A stretch of DNA of 38,782 nt from Eubacteriales bacterium (GCA_045638125.1 JAZUAS010000085.1:1-38782), one strand, 5' to 3'. Positions 25,665 through 35,891 are shown, numbered from the stretch's first letter. The notes: generated by a model not told the origin, from the sequence alone. Made by a program: numbers and translations.

Positions 25665-27029
25665 ATGAAAATTGTAGTTATCGGAAACGGCTCGGTAGGA
25701 GACACTTTGGTCGGCGCTATATGCTCCGAGGGTCACAACGTAACCGTTATTGACGAGGATGCCGCCACTGTAAACGCGGTAGTAAATAAATACGACGTAT
25801 TCGGTGTTACGGGCAACGGAGCGTCGATAGACATCCAAAAGGACGCGGGCGTGCCTGATAGCGACATTGTTATCGCAGTCTCACCCGGAGACGAGCTGAA
25901 TCTGCTCTGTTGCATGGTGGCAAAGCAGCTCGGTGCAAAGCACACAATAGCGCGCGTGCGTGATCCTCGATATCTTAAGCAGATGTCATTTATGAGTAAA
26001 AATCTCGGAATCGACATGATAGTCAACCCCGAGCACGAGGCGGCAAGAGAGGCGGCGCGACTTATTCGTTTTCCTGCGGCGATGAAGCTCGAAAAGCTCG
26101 CGAGAGGACAGGTTGAGGTCGTGCAGATACACATCGGCGACGATCACCCCCTTGTCGGTCTGCCCTTGAAGGATTTTAAAAACAAATACAGTACAAACGC
26201 GCTCATCTGCGCCGCAGTCAGAGAAGATCAGGTCTTTATCCCCGGCGGTGATTTCGTGATTAACGCGGGCGATAGCATTTCTCTGGCAGGCTCACGTCAG
26301 GATATAAACGATCTGTTTGTCAAGATAGGACTTTTAGGCAAGCAGATAAAGAAGATCATGCTGATCGGAGGCGGACGCATATCCCGTTATCTTGCGGCCC
26401 AGCTTGGAAACGGCTACAAGCTGAAGATAATCGAAAAGTCCCCCGAAGCCTGCGAGCAGCTTGCGGAGCTTTTCCCCAAGACCACGATAATTCAAGGCGA
26501 CGCTACCGATCCCGATCTTCTCGACGAGGAGGGCATCGACAACACCGACGCTTGCGTCATAATGACCTCAAACGACCAGACCAATCTGATAATCTCTATG
26601 TTCGCAAGCTCCAAGGGCGTTAAAAAGGTCATTTCCAAGATCGCATCTCCCACCTACGTCAAGCTTTCCGAGGATGCAGGCGTGGATTCAAATATCACAC
26701 CCCAGTTCCTTATAATCGCGAAGGTGCTTCGATATTTGCGCGGTATTGCTAACAGGGGTGAGAAGGGAAGCAAGAGCGGACTCAAATCACTTCACAAGAT
26801 CGCGGACAACCGCGTAGAGGCACTTGAGTTTGACGTAGCCGAGGATTTCGAGGCTGTGGGCAAGCCCTTGAAGGAGATCAGGTGGAAGAAAAATCTGCTT
26901 ATTGCGGCGGTCATTCGCGACGGAAACGTTATTTACGCTCACGGTGCTACCACTCTTGAGGTGGGCGACAGCGTCATAATCATGACCACCAACCCCCAGC
27001 TCTGCGATCTGGAGGACACTCTTGCATAA
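25665..27029 (+). CDS. trkA: Trk system potassium uptake protein TrkA
   Basis: 454 aa with tandem RCK domains; VIGNGSVG and LIGGGRIS Rossmann motifs; DELNLLCC and HTIARVRDP. Confidence 0.93.
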   Translation: MKIVVIGNGSVGDTLVGAICSEGHNVTVIDEDAATVNAVVNKYDVFGVTGNGASIDIQKDAGVPDSDIVIAVSPGDELNLLCCMVAKQLGAKHTIARVRDPRYLKQMSFMSKNLGIDMIVNPEHEAAREAARLIRFPAAMKLEKLARGQVEVVQIHIGDDHPLVGLPLKDFKNKYSTNALICAAVREDQVFIPGGDFVINAGDSISLAGSRQDINDLFVKIGLLGKQIKKIMLIGGGRISRYLAAQLGNGYKLKIIEKSPEACEQLAELFPKTTIIQGDATDPDLLDEEGIDNTDACVIMTSNDQTNLIISMFASSKGVKKVISKIASPTYVKLSEDAGVDSNITPQFLIIAKVLRYLRGIANRGEKGSKSGLKSLHKIADNRVEALEFDVAEDFEAVGKPLKEIRWKKNLLIAAVIRDGNVIYAHGATTLEVGDSVIIMTTNPQLCDLEDTLA

Positions 27030-27056
27030 TTGCATAAAAAAGCGGGATAGTTAATT

Positions 27057-28571
27057 ATGAATTACAAAATGTTAAGATATATCGTGGGCAAGCTTTTGCT
27101 TGCAGAGGGTGCGCTTATGGCACTGCCCCTCGTCACGTCACTGATATACGGCGAATTTAAAATGCTTCACGCATTTCTCATTCCTATGGGCGCGCTATTG
27201 TTGCTGGGCTTGCTTTTTTCTCTGAAAAAGCCGGTGGACGATGCGTTGAGCGCAAAAGACGGATTTGTGGTCGTAGGTCTTTCGTGGATAATAATGTCGG
27301 CATTCGGTTGCCTGCCATTTATCATTTCGGGACTTATCTCAAACCCCGTCGACGCATACTTTGAGACCGTGTCCGGTTTCACCACAACGGGTGCCAGCGT
27401 TCTTTCGTCTGCGGACTTTGCCAAGCTCTGGAGCGAGGACTCAGCTCTTGGTCTACGCGGCATTTTCCTTTGGCGTAGCTTTACCAACTGGATAGGCGGC
27501 ATGGGAGTGCTTGTCTTCGTCCTTGCGGTAATGCCCCAGCAGGATATGAAATCCTCGCGGCTCGTGCATATAATGAGAGCCGAGATGCCAGGACCTAAGG
27601 TCGACAAGATAGTTGCTACTGTCAGAAAGACCGCTGTTATAATGTACGGCATCTATATCGCGCTTACCGCGGCTATGACGGTAATGCTCCTTTTCGGCGG
27701 AATGGATCTTTACGAATCTCTCTGCACCTCGTTCTCAACGGCAGGAACGGGCGGATTTGCAATTTGGAGCGACAGTATGGCTACCTTTAGCGGAACCGTA
27801 AAATACCCCGAATACTGTGTATGGGTAATTGCCGTATTTATGATAATATTCAGCATAAATTTCAACCTTTTCTATCTTGTGATCTCGGGAAAGATTGTTA
27901 CGGCTCTTTTGAGTGAGGAGCTTCGTTGGTTTGCATTAACGGTAGCTTGTGCGGTTGCGTTGATAACCGCAAACATCACTCAAGGCGCACTTGCCGTATA
28001 TGGCAATTTGGGAGACGGAATACGCCACGCCTTCTTCCAAGTATCGACGATCATATCTACCACGGGCTTTGCCACCGACGACTTTAATCTCTGGCCCAAC
28101 GCATCCAAGATGGTCTTGCTGGTGCTGATGTTTATCGGTGCTTGTGCAGGAAGCACGGGCGGCGGCATCAAGGTAAGCCGTATAGTTATTGCGTTCAAGA
28201 GCACCTGGTCTGAGATCAGACACATGATACACCCCAGACGCGTCAAAAAAATAATGTTTGAAAAAAAGAGCGTAGACAACGACACGGTGCGCGGAGTTTT
28301 CGCTTACATGGTAGCATACGTTTTGATCTTTTTTGCTTCGTTCCTCGTTATAGCGATATGCGACGGAAGGAGCATTGAAACAACCTTCTCTGCGGTAACT
28401 GCGTGCATAAACAACATCGGACCCGGATTCGGAGAGGTCGGCCCTGCCGGAAATTTTGTGAGTTTCACTTGGGTATCAAAGATAGTTCTGATACTCGACA
28501 TGCTGCTCGGCAGACTTGAAATCTTCCCCATTCTTTTGCTTTTCTACCCCACTGTCTGGAAAGAAAAATAA
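27057..28571 (+). CDS. trkH: Trk system potassium uptake membrane protein TrkH
   Basis: FETVSGFTTTGAS, WIGGMG, TAGTGGF, STTGF, GSTGGGIK, NNIGPG and GRLEIFP motifs. Confidence 0.93.
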   Translation: MNYKMLRYIVGKLLLAEGALMALPLVTSLIYGEFKMLHAFLIPMGALLLLGLLFSLKKPVDDALSAKDGFVVVGLSWIIMSAFGCLPFIISGLISNPVDAYFETVSGFTTTGASVLSSADFAKLWSEDSALGLRGIFLWRSFTNWIGGMGVLVFVLAVMPQQDMKSSRLVHIMRAEMPGPKVDKIVATVRKTAVIMYGIYIALTAAMTVMLLFGGMDLYESLCTSFSTAGTGGFAIWSDSMATFSGTVKYPEYCVWVIAVFMIIFSINFNLFYLVISGKIVTALLSEELRWFALTVACAVALITANITQGALAVYGNLGDGIRHAFFQVSTIISTTGFATDDFNLWPNASKMVLLVLMFIGACAGSTGGGIKVSRIVIAFKSTWSEIRHMIHPRRVKKIMFEKKSVDNDTVRGVFAYMVAYVLIFFASFLVIAICDGRSIETTFSAVTACINNIGPGFGEVGPAGNFVSFTWVSKIVLILDMLLGRLEIFPILLLFYPTVWKEK

Positions 28572-28600
28572 TTTTTTGATCCGACACAGCAGCTAAATCA

Positions 28601-28644
28601 GCATGATTTTTGGTGTGAATTGCATCATTATTGGTGTGAATTGC
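28601..28644. promoter_or_regulatory. Tandem 21-bp direct repeat immediately upstream of a -35 box (putative regulator site)
   Basis: GCATGATTTTTGGTGTGAATT / GCATCATTATTGGTGTGAATT (19/21); TTGGTGTGAATTGC exact at 28610 and 28631. Confidence 0.6.
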
Positions 28645-28645
28645 G

Positions 28646-28674
28646 TTGAAATGTGCAGAAACTTATGATAAAAT
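28646..28674 (+). promoter_or_regulatory. sigma-A promoter for tmk-yitT-lipoprotein
   Basis: TTGAAA-N17-TAAAAT with extended -10 TG. Confidence 0.65.
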
Positions 28675-28728
28675 TAAGGAGATGAAAGGGTTGTGATATT
28701 CTTTCATCTCTTTTGGAGATAATGGATT

Positions 28729-29358
28729 ATGAATAAACAACCGAAATTTATAGTTTTTGAAGGCATCGACGGAGCAGGCAAGACCACGCAGATAAATCTT
28801 TTGCGTAACTCGCTTGAAAAGCAGGGAATTGCCTGCAAGATCACCGCAGAGCCTACCGATATGCCCTCGGGCAGAGAGATCAGAGCCGCGCTGGGCGGAA
28901 AGATCTCGAGAACGCCCCTCGAAATGGCGGAAATGTTCGCCACCGACCGTGCGCTTCACAATACCGATCCCGAAAGTGGAATCGGCGGCATGATGCGTAA
29001 CGGATACACGGTCATAAGCGACCGATATTACTACTCGTCCTTGGCGTATCAAGGCTCGGTGCTGGGATACGATACCGTAGCAGCTCTCAATCTTGAAAAC
29101 CCAAGCATTCGCACCCCCGACCTTTGCATCTTTCTCGATCTTACTCCCGAAAAAAGTCTTGCGAGAATCGGAAGCAGAGGGGCAGAGACCGAGATATACG
29201 AAAACCTTGAATATTTGACTAAAACCAGAGCTATGTTCTTCGACGTTTTCAAAAAGCTTGAGCCGAGAGGCGAGAAGATCGCCGTAATCGACGCTTCGGG
29301 AACACCCGATGAGATAGCAGAGAGAATCCTTGCAACGGCTCTTGATATTTTTAGATAA
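28729..29358 (+). CDS. tmk: Thymidylate (dTMP) kinase
   Basis: FIVFEGIDGAGKTTQ, DRYYYSSLAYQG and PDLCIFLD motifs. Confidence 0.93.
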   Translation: MNKQPKFIVFEGIDGAGKTTQINLLRNSLEKQGIACKITAEPTDMPSGREIRAALGGKISRTPLEMAEMFATDRALHNTDPESGIGGMMRNGYTVISDRYYYSSLAYQGSVLGYDTVAALNLENPSIRTPDLCIFLDLTPEKSLARIGSRGAETEIYENLEYLTKTRAMFFDVFKKLEPRGEKIAVIDASGTPDEIAERILATALDIFR

Positions 29359-29373
29359 GCTTTGAGGTGTAAG

Positions 29374-30306
29374 ATGAAAAATAAACACAGCCAACCCGAA
29401 ATGCTTGCGACTTTAAAAAATATATGTCTCATCATACTGGGAACGCTTGTGCTTTCCTTTGGAACGTCGGTCTTTCTTCTGCAGTTTGACCTTGTAGCAG
29501 GCGGAGTTTCCGGAATGGCAATCGTAATCGAACACATCATTTCAAAGTACGTTCCCGCTCTTGGATTTCTATCCCTCGACCTCTTGATCACCATAATCAC
29601 TTGGGTGCTTTTCCTCGTGGGGCTTTTCGTTCTGGGGCGCTCATTCGCGTTAAAGACCCTTATATCAACGGTAGTCTATCCCATAGGTGTGTCGCTTTTT
29701 ATCCGTTTGGCTGACCCCACGGTGCTCGGCGGATTCTTTTATCTCAAGGGATATGACACCCACAGCGACGTAGCTCTTATTCTTGCCACTCTTTTAGGCG
29801 GCGTGTGCGTGGGATTAGGATGCGCTCTGACATTCATTGGTGGCGGATCTACGGGGGGAGTCGACATTATAGCGTTCATTATATGCAAGATTTTCAAGCG
29901 CGCTAAAAGCTCGGTGGTGTTCTTCATCATCGACGCGACGATCGTGCTTTGCGGAATGTTCGTTATGCAAAACCTCGTCATATCGCTTCTCGGCATACTG
30001 TCGGCATTCGTTTCGGCGCTGATGGTTGACAAGGTCTTTCTCGGGAGCTCGCGTTCATTCATCGCCCATATAATCACCGATAAGTACGAGGAGATAAACA
30101 AGGAGATCATAGAAAAGATCGACCGAGGCTCCACCATCATCGACGTTACGGGCGGATACACGGGAAAGAGCAAAAAAATGCTTATGGTGTCATTCAAGGT
30201 CAATCAATATTCCGAGATCCTAAACACCATAAATAAAAATGATAAAAATGCGTTTGTCACCATTCATCAAGCGCACGAAATAAACGGCGAAGGCTGGACA
30301 AGATAA
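29374..30306 (+). CDS. YitT family membrane protein
   Basis: AGGVSG, GGSTGGVDI, IDRGST....GGYTG and D.NAFV.I..A.EI.GEG motifs; start ATG 29374 after GAGGTG. Confidence 0.9.
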   Translation: MKNKHSQPEMLATLKNICLIILGTLVLSFGTSVFLLQFDLVAGGVSGMAIVIEHIISKYVPALGFLSLDLLITIITWVLFLVGLFVLGRSFALKTLISTVVYPIGVSLFIRLADPTVLGGFFYLKGYDTHSDVALILATLLGGVCVGLGCALTFIGGGSTGGVDIIAFIICKIFKRAKSSVVFFIIDATIVLCGMFVMQNLVISLLGILSAFVSALMVDKVFLGSSRSFIAHIITDKYEEINKEIIEKIDRGSTIIDVTGGYTGKSKKMLMVSFKVNQYSEILNTINKNDKNAFVTIHQAHEINGEGWTR

Positions 30307-30352
30307 TACAATTAAAAATCTCATTTTATCTGAGATAAGAAAGGACCCCCCT

Positions 30353-33300
30353 ATGAAAAAGAGAGCGTTAAATCTACTTGCTTTTGTGCTTGCCGCAATT
30401 ATGCTTCTCGGCTCTTTTGCCGCATGTAACGATTGGTCCGACGTAATCGAGACCGAGGGAACAAGCTCGTCATCAGAAGAAACGAGCAGTAGCTCCGAGT
30501 CCGCCACGTCCGGTAGCGAAAGCCGTGATGAGAGCGATACCGAGGAAAGCGGCTCCGAGGGGGGCGGAGATAACACTCCCTCTCTTGAGGATATCGACAA
30601 CGGTCTTCTTATCGGAAACGCAAACTCGCTGAAAAACGGCGTAAATGCGTATTTCTCTGACGGAAAGAGAACAGATTTTGTTCTTGAAAACCAGAACATG
30701 ACCCTTGAATACGCTCTTGCCGCATACAAGGAGCAGGAGATAACATCTTTGAAGAATAAAGAGGGTAAATCCTATATCGAAAGCACGGGCGACGTGTTCG
30801 TTAAGATGACTAACGGATACACCTTCTACTCCTCGGACTCCACCAAGGCAGCAGCCACCAACATTTACCGCTTCGGCTACTATATGTACGAGGCAAGATT
30901 TGAGGAGCAGGTATTTGGCAGCGATCTTATCATAAACGATTCCAAGAATATCGATATAAATAGGATCAAAACCAAAAACCACACGAAAACCTCGAAAAAC
31001 GACGACGGCAGTCTTCGTGTTATGATCACAAATACCACCGACCCGTTCATCGAATTCTCAAACTCCACCTTTGCGGCAGAGGACTACAACTTCCTCCAGA
31101 TCACCATGAAGGCAAGCACGACCAAGCTTTCCTCTTGCGGCTTCTACGTTTGGTTAGACGACAGAGCTCACCAGATAGCATACTTCACCATCCTCCCCGA
31201 CGGTGAATATCATACATACAATATCGATCTTAGGCAGCTCGATAATTACAGCGGTGACGTTACCCGTCTTCGTTTTGACTTCGAAAGCAATCTTGCAGTC
31301 AATGACATTTTTGAAATTTCCGAATTTAAGCTTGTCAACGGAGACGACTGCGGCAGACCCTCAAAGCTTGGTCTTAACCGCTCCTTCTTCGTATACTCCA
31401 ACAAGCTGCACCACGTTTTGCAGATAGCTACCGACCAGGTCGCTACCGAGAATATCGCTCTTGCGGGAATGGAAACCAAGATCGCAGAGGATACCGTCGC
31501 AAAGCTTATCGTTAAGGATAAGAACGGTCTGCACGAAACGCTTGAGGGTGTGGATTGGGATAGCGCGGAATACGTCGGATTTGACATCAAGGACGTAGGT
31601 GTATTCGGTTACATTCTTCCCGTCGATAACAGAGGAGATAAGCTTGAAGTAACCCTTGAGGACGGATATTATACCATAATTCAATCCCGAACCCCCGAAA
31701 ACAATACGATCCTTCCCTCCGCATATTACGACAGCAAGCTGGGTCGTTATATTCCCCTCGAGGGACTGGATAAGGAAAACTCCAACGGCAACGACTTCTT
31801 TATGGGTCAGCGCATATACACCGACGATAACCACGACTTTGAAAAATTCCTCCATGAGGCGCACATAGAGCGCAATCCTCTTACAAGCAAAAATTTCTTG
31901 GTCCCCAAGAACGGCGGCTCTTATGAAGCAAAGTTCACCTGTCCCAACTGCGGATTTATTACGGTTGACGCGATGCTGGTATGCGCACAGTGCTATGAGG
32001 AAGTAACCTTCTTAGTTGAAGAAAACATGTACTATATCGGATACGAGCCCCTGCGTGGTATATACCAGTTCTACGTACCCGAGTATAATTTCAGTGAGGC
32101 ATATTTCAAATTCCCCAACAGTCACATCGACCTCACCTTCCGCGTAATGGGTGACAATTATGACCGCGACATCTACGTTATGTCACTGGGACAGGGAATA
32201 GGATGTCTCGAGAGCGCCGTGCTGCTTGATGCAAACAAGATGATGCTCCCCGTACCGATCGAGGTCGGTAAGAACTACAGTGAGGGAGGAGGAGAGCGAA
32301 ATCTTTGGAACGTAGTGGACTACCAATACAGTGAAGCGATCTTCCCCATGGTCATCAAGGCAAAATCGCAGGACACATACTCTCTGCTTAATATCTATCA
32401 AAACTGGGGTCAGCATCCCTTAAAGCAGGTATCCTGGATACAGTTCTACGCACCTTATTATCACCTTTCAACCGGTGTTATAGAGACCAACTGTATAGTT
32501 CCTTATTACACCACAAGAAACTCCCGCGGTCTGGGAACACTTCCCGACCACAGAGCTATGTCTGCGCCCTTCCATGCAGGTGAGCCTCAGCACACCAGCG
32601 GAGGAAGTCACTCCTGGCTTCAGTACACCGACAAAAACGGTGTGTATAGCGCAACCGAGAACACTATCGATTACATCGACTCTTACGGACCCATTTATTC
32701 CGACGTTTACATGGAATATCTTTCCGACGACGGCAATATAAAGGTATCATACGTTCACACCGAGTTCCCGCAGACCGATGAAAACCGCGCATATTACGAA
32801 ATGACTTATGAGGTTCTCGGAGACGTTGGATTTAAGGACTTCAGCGAGGATTTCTGGTTCTACAAGGTCGGCGACAACGACCCCAAGGGAACGTATAAAA
32901 ACGTCGGTTATCTCAACGAAAACAACGAATGCGTTATAGTTGACGCCGCAAAGGGCAATGAATCGTTCGAATACAAGCTCGGTACAGAATGTCCCTATTT
33001 CTCATTCTTCAATATGCCCGATTATGACAAAGAAGCCATACACAACGAGGGATACGTAAACCTCTCGTTCCTGGTTTACAACTATAAGTTCATCATCGGA
33101 GGAAAAGAAGTAACTCCCAACTTCATTATCATCAATGAAGACGACCAGATCCGCATATCGCTCGACCTGACCGAGGTAGAGCTTAAGGCGGGCGACAAAT
33201 TTACCATCAACTGCATTTTGATGCCTTGGGGCTCTCAAGAATCCGTATATGATTCCGACGAGATTGCGGGAGACCAGAACGTTCGTGACGTAAGAGTCAA

Positions 33301-34945
33301 CACCCTTTTGAACCCCATCACCCCCACCGCGGTCGAAAACTGCAAGGTGATGGAAAGCGTTTTTGTTCCCAAGCTCAGAACCACAAACGGCAAGGACGCT
33401 ACGTTCACGCTCAAGGGCGGTCAGAATAACGTTGCGGTTCGTATATACGGATTCAACAAGCTTACCGCTCCCAAGATACAGGAGCTTGTTGACGGAGAAT
33501 GGGTAGATTACCAAGTCAGCTCGGCATACAAGCCCGATGACTTCGGAAATGCTCACTATTATGACGGCTACGGCGTTTATTACGACGAGGACGGCACCTT
33601 CTCCTACGCATTCATAGTTCCCATGGACTATACCGACGCCGACGGCAGAACCTTCCGTATTGCCGCAGACACCGATTTTGAGGGCTGGCCCGAAAAGCTT
33701 CCCGAGATCGAGGTTGAAGAGGTTGAGCTTCCCTTGAATCTCTACTACGGAGCAAGTGATCTTTATGACGCTATGCGACAGTCTTTCGGAAGGAACGTTG
33801 ATAAGATCATTCTGTCTCCCGACAAGACCTACACCTCGGTATTTGCCAACGGCGCTGTCGAAGCATACTTCCTGCCCTTCAGAGGCAACAACGGAACGAT
33901 CGTAACAGGACATTATTTCGTAATAAAATACCGTCTGCCTGACACCAACAACCAGAAATATCCTTACATCGAGCTCTGGACTAACACCGAGAACTCCGAC
34001 ACCAAGGGATCGAACTTTTCAACCGGTAAGGGCTTCATAAATGACGGAAAATGGCACGTTCTTGTCATGGACCTCTCTGCTTGGAACAAAAACAACTTCC
34101 AGCCCAACGGTAGCGGTGAGTATCTGGCGCAATATCTCCGTGTAGACCTCTTTAACGAAAGCTACGGCAAGGATAACGCTATCAATGTTGCGTATATGGG
34201 TATGCACGATGATCTCGATGAAATATTTGCACTCAATTCCGATCTCAACGAAATAATGGTTTTGAGGGGCAACAATGATCTCAAGACCTACGATTCCGAG
34301 GGCAACGAGATCAAAACTCCCGTCAATCCCGGTGAATCGACGGCTCCCATAGAGGGCTTTACCCTGTACTACAACGCTCCCTCGTTAACCACTAAGGCTC
34401 AAAACAGCGGCGGCGGACATAGCGGAAAGACCGTGATAAGCTCCGACAAGAAGTACGTAACGATACACCACGACACCGACCCGACAAGAAAGAGAACCGA
34501 AAGCTATTTCCATCTCTTCAAGGATAATACCACCGTTACGGGTCAGTATCTTGTTATCAAGTACCGTGCAAGCAAGCCGGCAGGTTATTTCCAGGTGTTC
34601 TCCAGTACCACGTCAAGCGGCGCCAGCAACGCGGATTGCTTCCACCTTGGATTGGAAAATAAAATGTTCCAAACAGACGGTGAATGGCATACCGTTGTAG
34701 TCGATATTTCCAAGCTGGTTGCCTCGTTCACACCTAACGACAACGGTGAATATGTTGCTACTTATCTCCGATTCGACCTGTTCAATTTCTCCGCGGCAAC
34801 CACAGATGAATATAGCGTCGACCTTGCCTATATCGGATTGTGCGACAACTACGAGGATGCTATTTCTCACGAGGAAAACTCCTATTTCTATGACGGCTCA
34901 AAAGCTATCAATGTAACAACAGGAGAGGTCATCTACCAGAAATAA
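30353..34945 (+). CDS. Large (1530 aa) surface lipoprotein of unknown function with CBM-like beta-sandwich repeats
   Basis: Lipobox FAAC, Ser/Glu/Thr-rich linker, recurring DG.(W/Y)H...D....LR.D motif, two C-terminal repeats; RBS AAAGGA. Confidence 0.8.
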   Translation: MKKRALNLLAFVLAAIMLLGSFAACNDWSDVIETEGTSSSSEETSSSSESATSGSESRDESDTEESGSEGGGDNTPSLEDIDNGLLIGNANSLKNGVNAYFSDGKRTDFVLENQNMTLEYALAAYKEQEITSLKNKEGKSYIESTGDVFVKMTNGYTFYSSDSTKAAATNIYRFGYYMYEARFEEQVFGSDLIINDSKNIDINRIKTKNHTKTSKNDDGSLRVMITNTTDPFIEFSNSTFAAEDYNFLQITMKASTTKLSSCGFYVWLDDRAHQIAYFTILPDGEYHTYNIDLRQLDNYSGDVTRLRFDFESNLAVNDIFEISEFKLVNGDDCGRPSKLGLNRSFFVYSNKLHHVLQIATDQVATENIALAGMETKIAEDTVAKLIVKDKNGLHETLEGVDWDSAEYVGFDIKDVGVFGYILPVDNRGDKLEVTLEDGYYTIIQSRTPENNTILPSAYYDSKLGRYIPLEGLDKENSNGNDFFMGQRIYTDDNHDFEKFLHEAHIERNPLTSKNFLVPKNGGSYEAKFTCPNCGFITVDAMLVCAQCYEEVTFLVEENMYYIGYEPLRGIYQFYVPEYNFSEAYFKFPNSHIDLTFRVMGDNYDRDIYVMSLGQGIGCLESAVLLDANKMMLPVPIEVGKNYSEGGGERNLWNVVDYQYSEAIFPMVIKAKSQDTYSLLNIYQNWGQHPLKQVSWIQFYAPYYHLSTGVIETNCIVPYYTTRNSRGLGTLPDHRAMSAPFHAGEPQHTSGGSHSWLQYTDKNGVYSATENTIDYIDSYGPIYSDVYMEYLSDDGNIKVSYVHTEFPQTDENRAYYEMTYEVLGDVGFKDFSEDFWFYKVGDNDPKGTYKNVGYLNENNECVIVDAAKGNESFEYKLGTECPYFSFFNMPDYDKEAIHNEGYVNLSFLVYNYKFIIGGKEVTPNFIIINEDDQIRISLDLTEVELKAGDKFTINCILMPWGSQESVYDSDEIAGDQNVRDVRVNTLLNPITPTAVENCKVMESVFVPKLRTTNGKDATFTLKGGQNNVAVRIYGFNKLTAPKIQELVDGEWVDYQVSSAYKPDDFGNAHYYDGYGVYYDEDGTFSYAFIVPMDYTDADGRTFRIAADTDFEGWPEKLPEIEVEEVELPLNLYYGASDLYDAMRQSFGRNVDKIILSPDKTYTSVFANGAVEAYFLPFRGNNGTIVTGHYFVIKYRLPDTNNQKYPYIELWTNTENSDTKGSNFSTGKGFINDGKWHVLVMDLSAWNKNNFQPNGSGEYLAQYLRVDLFNESYGKDNAINVAYMGMHDDLDEIFALNSDLNEIMVLRGNNDLKTYDSEGNEIKTPVNPGESTAPIEGFTLYYNAPSLTTKAQNSGGGHSGKTVISSDKKYVTIHHDTDPTRKRTESYFHLFKDNTTVTGQYLVIKYRASKPAGYFQVFSSTTSSGASNADCFHLGLENKMFQTDGEWHTVVVDISKLVASFTPNDNGEYVATYLRFDLFNFSAATTDEYSVDLAYIGLCDNYEDAISHEENSYFYDGSKAINVTTGEVIYQK

Positions 34946-35004
34946 GGCAGACGCTTGAATATACCAAACTAAAATCAGCTGCGCCTCATTAAAGCGCACT
35001 ATTA

Positions 35005-35048
35005 AATCAAAAATGCAGCAGGGCATTAGCACTGCTGCATTTTTGATT
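35005..35048. terminator. Bidirectional terminator
   Basis: AATCAAAAATGCAGCAG...CTGCTGCATTTTTGATT between convergent genes. Confidence 0.85.
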
Positions 35049-35064
35049 AACTTACCAACGTTTC

Positions 35065-35610
35065 TCAGCTCTCCATCTGTCTGCCGAGGAAGCTTGCTGC
35101 GGTCTGCACCAGCTTCTGCTCAACCGCTTCAGGCTGAGTCTCGCTATCGGAGGGTGCAAGAGCGGCTACGCATCCGACTATGTCGCCCTCGCTGATGATC
35201 GGCATGGCGCAGGTAACGAAATGGCTACCGCCATCACGAAGAGGATTGATCTTATCCTGCCCTGTGCGGTATGCGTACAAGCCTCTCGCCTCGATTATCG
35301 CCTCAAGCTCCTCGGAAAGCGACTTGTCTCCGTATTCCTTCTTGGAAACTCCCGCGCACGCTACAACGCTGTCTCGGTCGCAGATGACCACCGAGAGGTC
35401 ACAGGTCTTGTGCAGAGTTTCGGCATACTGCGCCGCAAATGCGGTCAGCTCGCCAATAGGCGAATATTTCTTAAAAATGACCTCTCCGTCGCGGTCGGTA
35501 AAAATTTCCAGAGGATCGCCCTCGCGGATTCGCATTGTTCTTCTTATTTCCTTGGGAATGACAACTCTTCCGAGGTCGTCAATTCTTCTAACTATTCCGG
35601 TTGCTTTCAT
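35065..35610 (-). CDS. spoVT: Stage V sporulation protein T (AbrB-like N-domain + GAF)
   Basis: MKATGIVRRIDDLGRVVIPKEIRRTMRIREGDPLEIF..., 181 aa, PIISEGDIVG; RBS AAGGAG. Confidence 0.96.
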   Translation of the reverse strand: MKATGIVRRIDDLGRVVIPKEIRRTMRIREGDPLEIFTDRDGEVIFKKYSPIGELTAFAAQYAETLHKTCDLSVVICDRDSVVACAGVSKKEYGDKSLSEELEAIIEARGLYAYRTGQDKINPLRDGGSHFVTCAMPIISEGDIVGCVAALAPSDSETQPEAVEQKLVQTAASFLGRQMES

Positions 35611-35676
35611 CTATTATAATTCTCCTTAAGCTTTTCTGTTCTTCGAGCTAAATGACCTAATTTTATTCGGCAAGGA

Positions 35677-35706
35677 TATTATTTGTAATCAAGGTGGAAA
35701 ATATAC
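35677..35706 (-). promoter_or_regulatory. sigma-G-type forespore promoter for spoVT
   Basis: Minus strand GTATA-N18-AATAATA; spoVT is a known sigma-G target. Confidence 0.65.
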
Positions 35707-35816
35707 AACTTTTATTTAGAAATAATTTCTTTTATCGCGGCAATACGCAGTAGATTGCGCTTTTTGCCATACGCAAATTGGGAAAAGTCGGGTTTTTGCA
35801 AAAATTAACCCCGATA

Positions 35817-35845
35817 TTGACAAATCTTCCTTGTGATGTTATAAT
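35817..35845 (+). promoter_or_regulatory. sigma-A promoter
   Basis: TTGACA-N17-TATAAT with extended -10 TG. Confidence 0.85.
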
Positions 35846-35891
35846 ATTAGTACGCTCATATCAAAAATTTAAATAAAGAGGGCAATTTTTA

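Noticed and set aside
25458-25838. 126-aa minus-strand ORF
   Set aside because: It overlaps trkA antisense and runs through two divergent promoters.
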